Made by a program: the position numbers and the translations under genes. A stretch of DNA of 64,000 nucleotides from Paraspadella gotoi. Lineage: Eukaryota; Animalia; Chaetognatha. The stretch's first letter is position 1. Every line of letters starts with the position of its first letter. The stretch covers positions 1 to 64,000 of the forward strand of contig JBJCIZ010000028.1 in the NCBI GenBank assembly GCA_051294375.1, written 5' to 3'. Below the pieces are notes generated by a model. That model saw only the letters and a list, made by a program, of their open reading frames with translations. It ran no database searches and was not told the DNA's origin. Shown here piece after piece: positions 59,586-64,000 of this stretch.

Positions 59586-59768
59586 ATTCCTCACTTTTAG
59601 AATTTTAATAAAAGATTAATTAAGAATTTTTACTACGCTTTAGTGTTTAATCCCAAACCAAAGCATGAGGCGGGCCAAAAGCCCAGTTTCAAGTCCAGAA
59701 CCTGTTCCATAGCTGCTAGCGACAGCTAAGGAAATTACAGGAGACATCTTAAGTCAACTTAGTGTGTC

Positions 59769-60104
59769 TCATCCATAATGATGATCCTTTCTTGTAAACC
59801 TGGAAATTGCCCGATACAAACCTAAAAGACAGAAGACCACTGTGCCTGCGACTCGCCAGCTGCCACCAACAAGACGGGGATAAAACATTCCCTCTTTTGC
59901 CATCTCGCGCCAGACCACTGTGCCAGAAATGATGCCGTGCATGGACAAAATAACGCCCATGGCCACGCCCAAATAGCGCTCCAAGTAGAAGTCCTTTTGA
60001 TAAAAGCGAATTGTCGTTCTGATGTCGGTAACGAGGTCGGCTACGTTGAGAACAACGACGAGGACATTGATGAAAAGTCTGCTGAGATTCATTGTTCGGG
60101 CCAT
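59769..60104 (-). CDS. Membrane protein B first coding segment (XK-like TM1-2; 3' boundary unclear)
   Basis: LNVADLVTDIRTTIRFY resembles the XK-family DxxTDxxxxxxYY start; YPRLVGGSWRVAGTVVFCLLGL aligns with A YLRLWNGPGRKTATTIFCMAGL. Confidence 0.65.
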   Translation of the reverse strand: MARTMNLSRLFINVLVVVLNVADLVTDIRTTIRFYQKDFYLERYLGVAMGVILSMHGIISGTVVWREMAKEGMFYPRLVGGSWRVAGTVVFCLLGLYRAISRFTRKDHHYG

Positions 60105-60388
60105 CTTTTTTGAAAGAGCTCAATTTCAGTTTTAATTCTGAACTAAGTTGGTTTTTAGGGTGAGGCTAGGTTTTAGGTTTTAGGTTAAATATTAAGCAAG
60201 AGATTCGGTTAGGGATTAGGGTTAGGGACTAGTGATAGGGTTCAAGATTATGGTCAGTGATTAAGGATTAGTATTAAAAATTAGGTTTACAAATTAAGTG
60301 AGGTTTAATAATAATTGAGAGCAATTAGATTTAGCTTTTTTTTATTTATTAAAAACAAAAACTATATTAACATAATTAGATTTAGGCT

Positions 60389-60425
<37 letters not shown>

Positions 60426-61409
60426 NNNNNNNNNNGATATTAAGATTAAAACTAGGTTTCAGAATTAGTAACCGAAATGGTGCCTTTTTTTTGCAGAAAA
60501 AGTTTTCTTTTATTTTTTTTAATTTTACTTTTTTTTTTGCTTTTCCTTAGTGAAATTTTTTTTTGTTTATTCTCTGTTCTTAGTTTTTGTTTCTCTCAAA
60601 ATCAAAAACGTCAATTACACTGTGTTGTAAATTTATTTCAAATGAATAGAAAAGATCATGAATCATAATATAATTTATCTAAAGGTAACACCATAATTCC
60701 ATTTAAGGTAAAATACACTTATATAAATATATATCTGCCAAGTAATAACTACAATTGCTGTTTATAATATATTTGACAGTCATTTAAGCTTGAGGAAAAT
60801 AAATAGATATACAGACAGAAAAATTAATGAAAGATATGCGATTAGAGACACAGACCAACCGACAACAAAATCACCTCTACATAGCGTTGCTCTTTCCATA
60901 TTCGCAGCACAACCAACAGCAGATTAAAGATTAGGGATAGAAGTGGAAAGAAAGCAAACAACGCCGGATCTACCCGCTGGCATTTAATCTTACAATTTTT
61001 TTTTTCATTTTAATACAATTCACCAATAATGTTTATAATTTCCACTTAAACTCATTTCCACTTTGAAAATTCCATCGAAAATTGATTTCGAGCTTAAACA
61101 CTCGTTTCTCAAAAAACACCAAAAAACATCACACAAAATATGTAGACTAAAGTAACAGCAATGACGACGAAGTTGGCAACAACGATGACGATAATTCCGA
61201 TGATGATTGATTGCTTAATGAATAAAATAACTCCAAATACAGGGTGTTGCACCGCATTAACTTATTTTCTGATTTATGTAAATTTTTTTTTAAAAAAATA
61301 GAAAAGATCATGAATCGTAATTTAAGTTATCTAAAGGTGACACCATAAATCCCTTTTAAGGTTCCCTCCAACCTTTTAAGTTTTAACATATATCTGTTAT
61401 CGTCCGTTC

Positions 61410-62135
61410 TATAACCCATTCCTGAAAAAAAAAAAACTCTAAATATTATCGTCTAATTAGCTGAAAAATCTTGTTTCGCTAATTAGCAAGAAATCGTTTT
61501 TGATATTTGACCTAAAAGTCAGATTTTTTAAGCGAAAGCTTCGACATATTCCGACGTTGTTGTTGTTGTTGTTGTCATCGTTGACGTCATCGTCAATTCG
61601 CGCCAATTAGCGGCACCATTTTCCGAGAGTCATATTTCTCTTCCTAATCCCCGAACATTTTTTTTTTAAACCTAATCTTTAAGCCTAATCTTATTAAAAT
61701 TGTTTCGTTTAATCCATAAGCTTTATTCTTAACCCTAACCCAACCCTGAAGGACAGAAAGCCTATTCCCTAGTTTTTGTCCCTGATTCCTAACCCTTATT
61801 ACTAACCTAAACACCGACCATATCTCTAACCTAAATCTTAAGTTAACTTAATCCCAAATACTAATCGGGAATGCCCGGGGTCCGGATGGGGGAGAGACGG
61901 AATTTATTAAATATTAAAAATAATTAAACTACTTCAAAACTATTTCAAAACTTCATAATCCATATTAAATACTATGATATCAATGAATTTTCTTTGTTCG
62001 GGCAACGATGGAGAAGAGAGAGAGAGAGAAGAACGAGAGAGAAGAGAGAGAGAGAGAGAAATATTTAAATATTGAAAGCAAAAGTGAGTGTTTAAAACTG
62101 CCTTTAAAAGCTCGTTTTTGAGAAATAATTTAAAT

Positions 62136-62185
<50 letters not shown>

Positions 62186-62251
62186 GAAATATTGAAAGCA
62201 AAAAGTGTTTAAAACTGCCTTTAAAAGCTACGTTTTTGAGAAATAATTAAT

Positions 62252-62301
<50 letters not shown>

Positions 62302-62370
62302 GAAATATTGAAAGCAAAAGTGAGTGTTTAAAACTGCCTTTAAAAGCTACGTTTTTTGAGAAATAATTAA

Positions 62371-62420
<50 letters not shown>

Positions 62421-62493
62421 ATATTGAAATATTGAAAGCAAAAGTGAAGTGTTTAAAACTGCCTTTAAAGCTACGTTTTTGAGAAATAATTAA

Positions 62494-62549
<56 letters not shown>

Positions 62550-63320
62550 AATATTGAAATATTGAAAGCAAAAGTGAGTGTTTAAAACTGCCTTTAAAAG
62601 CTACGTTTTTGAGAAATAATTAAATAGAGAGAGAGAGAGAGAGAGAGATAGAGAGAGAGAGAGAAATATTGAAATATTGAAAGCAAAAGTGAGTGTTTTA
62701 AACTGCCTTTAAAAGCTACGTTTTTGAGAAATAATTAAATAGAGAGAGAGAGAGAGAGACTGAGAGAGAGAGAGAGAAAATTACTTTGTTTTACTTTACT
62801 TTGAATTTCCTTTTTGTTTTTTTTTCAATAGTGCCCTATTTAAGGTTTTTATTTTGAATTAGAGCAGATTTTAAATTTAAAGATTCGGATATGGATTAGG
62901 TTACGGATTAGGATTAGGATTAGGATTTAGGAATAAGGATTAGGTTACGGATAAGGATTAGGTTAGTTTAAGAATTTTATTAAGTAGGAGTTTGTGTTTA
63001 GTGTTAAGAGTTCGTAAATTAGAGTTTAGGGTTAAGAGATAAAGAATTGGGTTGAGGTTTAAGCTTATGGATTAGGCTTAAAAAATTAGGATTAAGTGTA
63101 AGTTCAAGGATTAGGAAGAGACATTGGGTACTCTCGGAAATAGTGCCCAACGGCAATGACTTCATCCACGGCAACAACAACAACGTCGGAATATGTCGAC
63201 GATATTGCTTAAAAATCTGAAATTCATGTCAAAAAAAGATTTCTTGCTAATTAACGAAAAATATTTTTTTTTCGCTTAATTAATGAAAATATTTAAAGTT
63301 ATCCAGAATTTGGTTATCAA
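61410..63320. mobile_element. Foldback/MITE-like element: ~0.4-kb imperfect inverted arms around a tandem array
   Basis: 61410-~61870 is the reverse complement of ~62880-63320 (e.g. TAATTAGCAAGAAATC, TCGACATATTCCGACGTTGTTG, TTTCCGAGAGT, CTCTTCCTAATCC); the arms include degenerate TTAGG(G/A) repeats. Confidence 0.65.
62058..62777. repeat. Composite tandem repeat: ~78-bp unit plus (GA)n, 6 copies
   Basis: AAATATTGAAATATTGAAAGCAAAAGTGAGTGTTTAAAACTGCCTTTAAAAGCTACGTTTTTGAGAAATAATTAAAT alternates with GA microsatellite. Confidence 0.92.
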
Positions 63321-63357
63321 ATGAAAGATGTACACAAAATAGTTTAAAAATAGTGAG

Positions 63358-63393
<36 letters not shown>

Positions 63394-63556
63394 TACAGAA
63401 AAAACAAAGAGAAATATAAAGTAGGTTTAAAAAAATGCTTCTGCCAATACATGACCTAGCGAGATTTAAAAAAAACTATAAAAATAAATTTGACTTTTTG
63501 AATATCAACTTGCTTAATCAAGTGCAAAAGTTCATCGGACGCAAATCCCACTCTCT

Positions 63557-63603
<47 letters not shown>

Positions 63604-64000
63604 ACTAGATATCTTGGTATGAAAAAAATCCGAAGAACGAAGCGGTTTCTAATTATTTTTTGAATCAGTTTAGCGCAGTAAGTATTACAAAACCATGATA
63701 GGTTTTGAAACTACAGTGTTTGGCTCTCTTTGGATAGTATCCAAAGAAGCCCGAACAAAGAAAATCCATTAAGTTTTTGACTAAAATACTGAAAATAAAC
63801 TTTAAACTTTTATTATTTTTGCGGTATTTACACGATCATAGCGGTAAGCAGCTTATCAGATAATTAAGTAATTAATAAATTAATTAGTTAATTAATTAAT
63901 TAATTAGTTAATTAATTAATATGAATTTTTTTATTCGTGTCATAATATTTTTCACTTTGTCTCGCAACTCAATCACAAAACAACAAGCTTCGGTTTCTAA

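Noticed and set aside
62058-62777. CRISPR-like repeat/spacer periodicity
   Set aside because: Repeats are ~78 bp, the 'spacers' are all (GA)n microsatellite, the context is eukaryotic and no cas genes are present.
62895-63115. Telomere or interstitial telomeric array
   Set aside because: Degenerate TTAGG(A/G) runs belong to a dispersed repeat also seen at ~27000, 40750, 41300, 60150 and 61700; no pure array.

Overview
Animal (invertebrate-type) nuclear DNA from a gappy draft assembly: AT-rich introns, CpG-rich exons, dense microsatellites, N-gaps and several noisy long-read-like stretches. (1) A + strand fascin gene, whose last 8 exons can be traced by splice sites (1..26173, ending in the canonical LWEY*). 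Its 17.4 kb last intron holds a same-strand cluster of three intronless C2H2 zinc-finger array genes (about 18, 22 and 11-13 fingers; the third has one in-frame TAG) plus decayed finger relics. (2) A convergent - strand alpha-N-acetylglucosaminidase (NAGLU) gene, about 45.7 kb down to 28.9 kb. (3) An ~8 kb block (22.5-30.3 kb) repeated as an indel-ridden copy (30.3-38.6 kb), most likely an assembly artefact. (4) A convergent pair of paralogous multi-pass membrane protein genes (51.0-53.3 kb +, intronless; 55.9-60.1 kb -, spliced). By motif inspection they appear to join an XK/Xkr-scramblase-like N-terminal module to a degenerate rhodopsin-like 7TM module; this is the most novel-looking candidate but needs HMM or structure confirmation. 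Repeats include tRNA-derived SINEs, two solo-LTR-like elements with 4-bp TSDs, a foldback-like element and minisatellites. All calls come from manual reading; no database searches were run.
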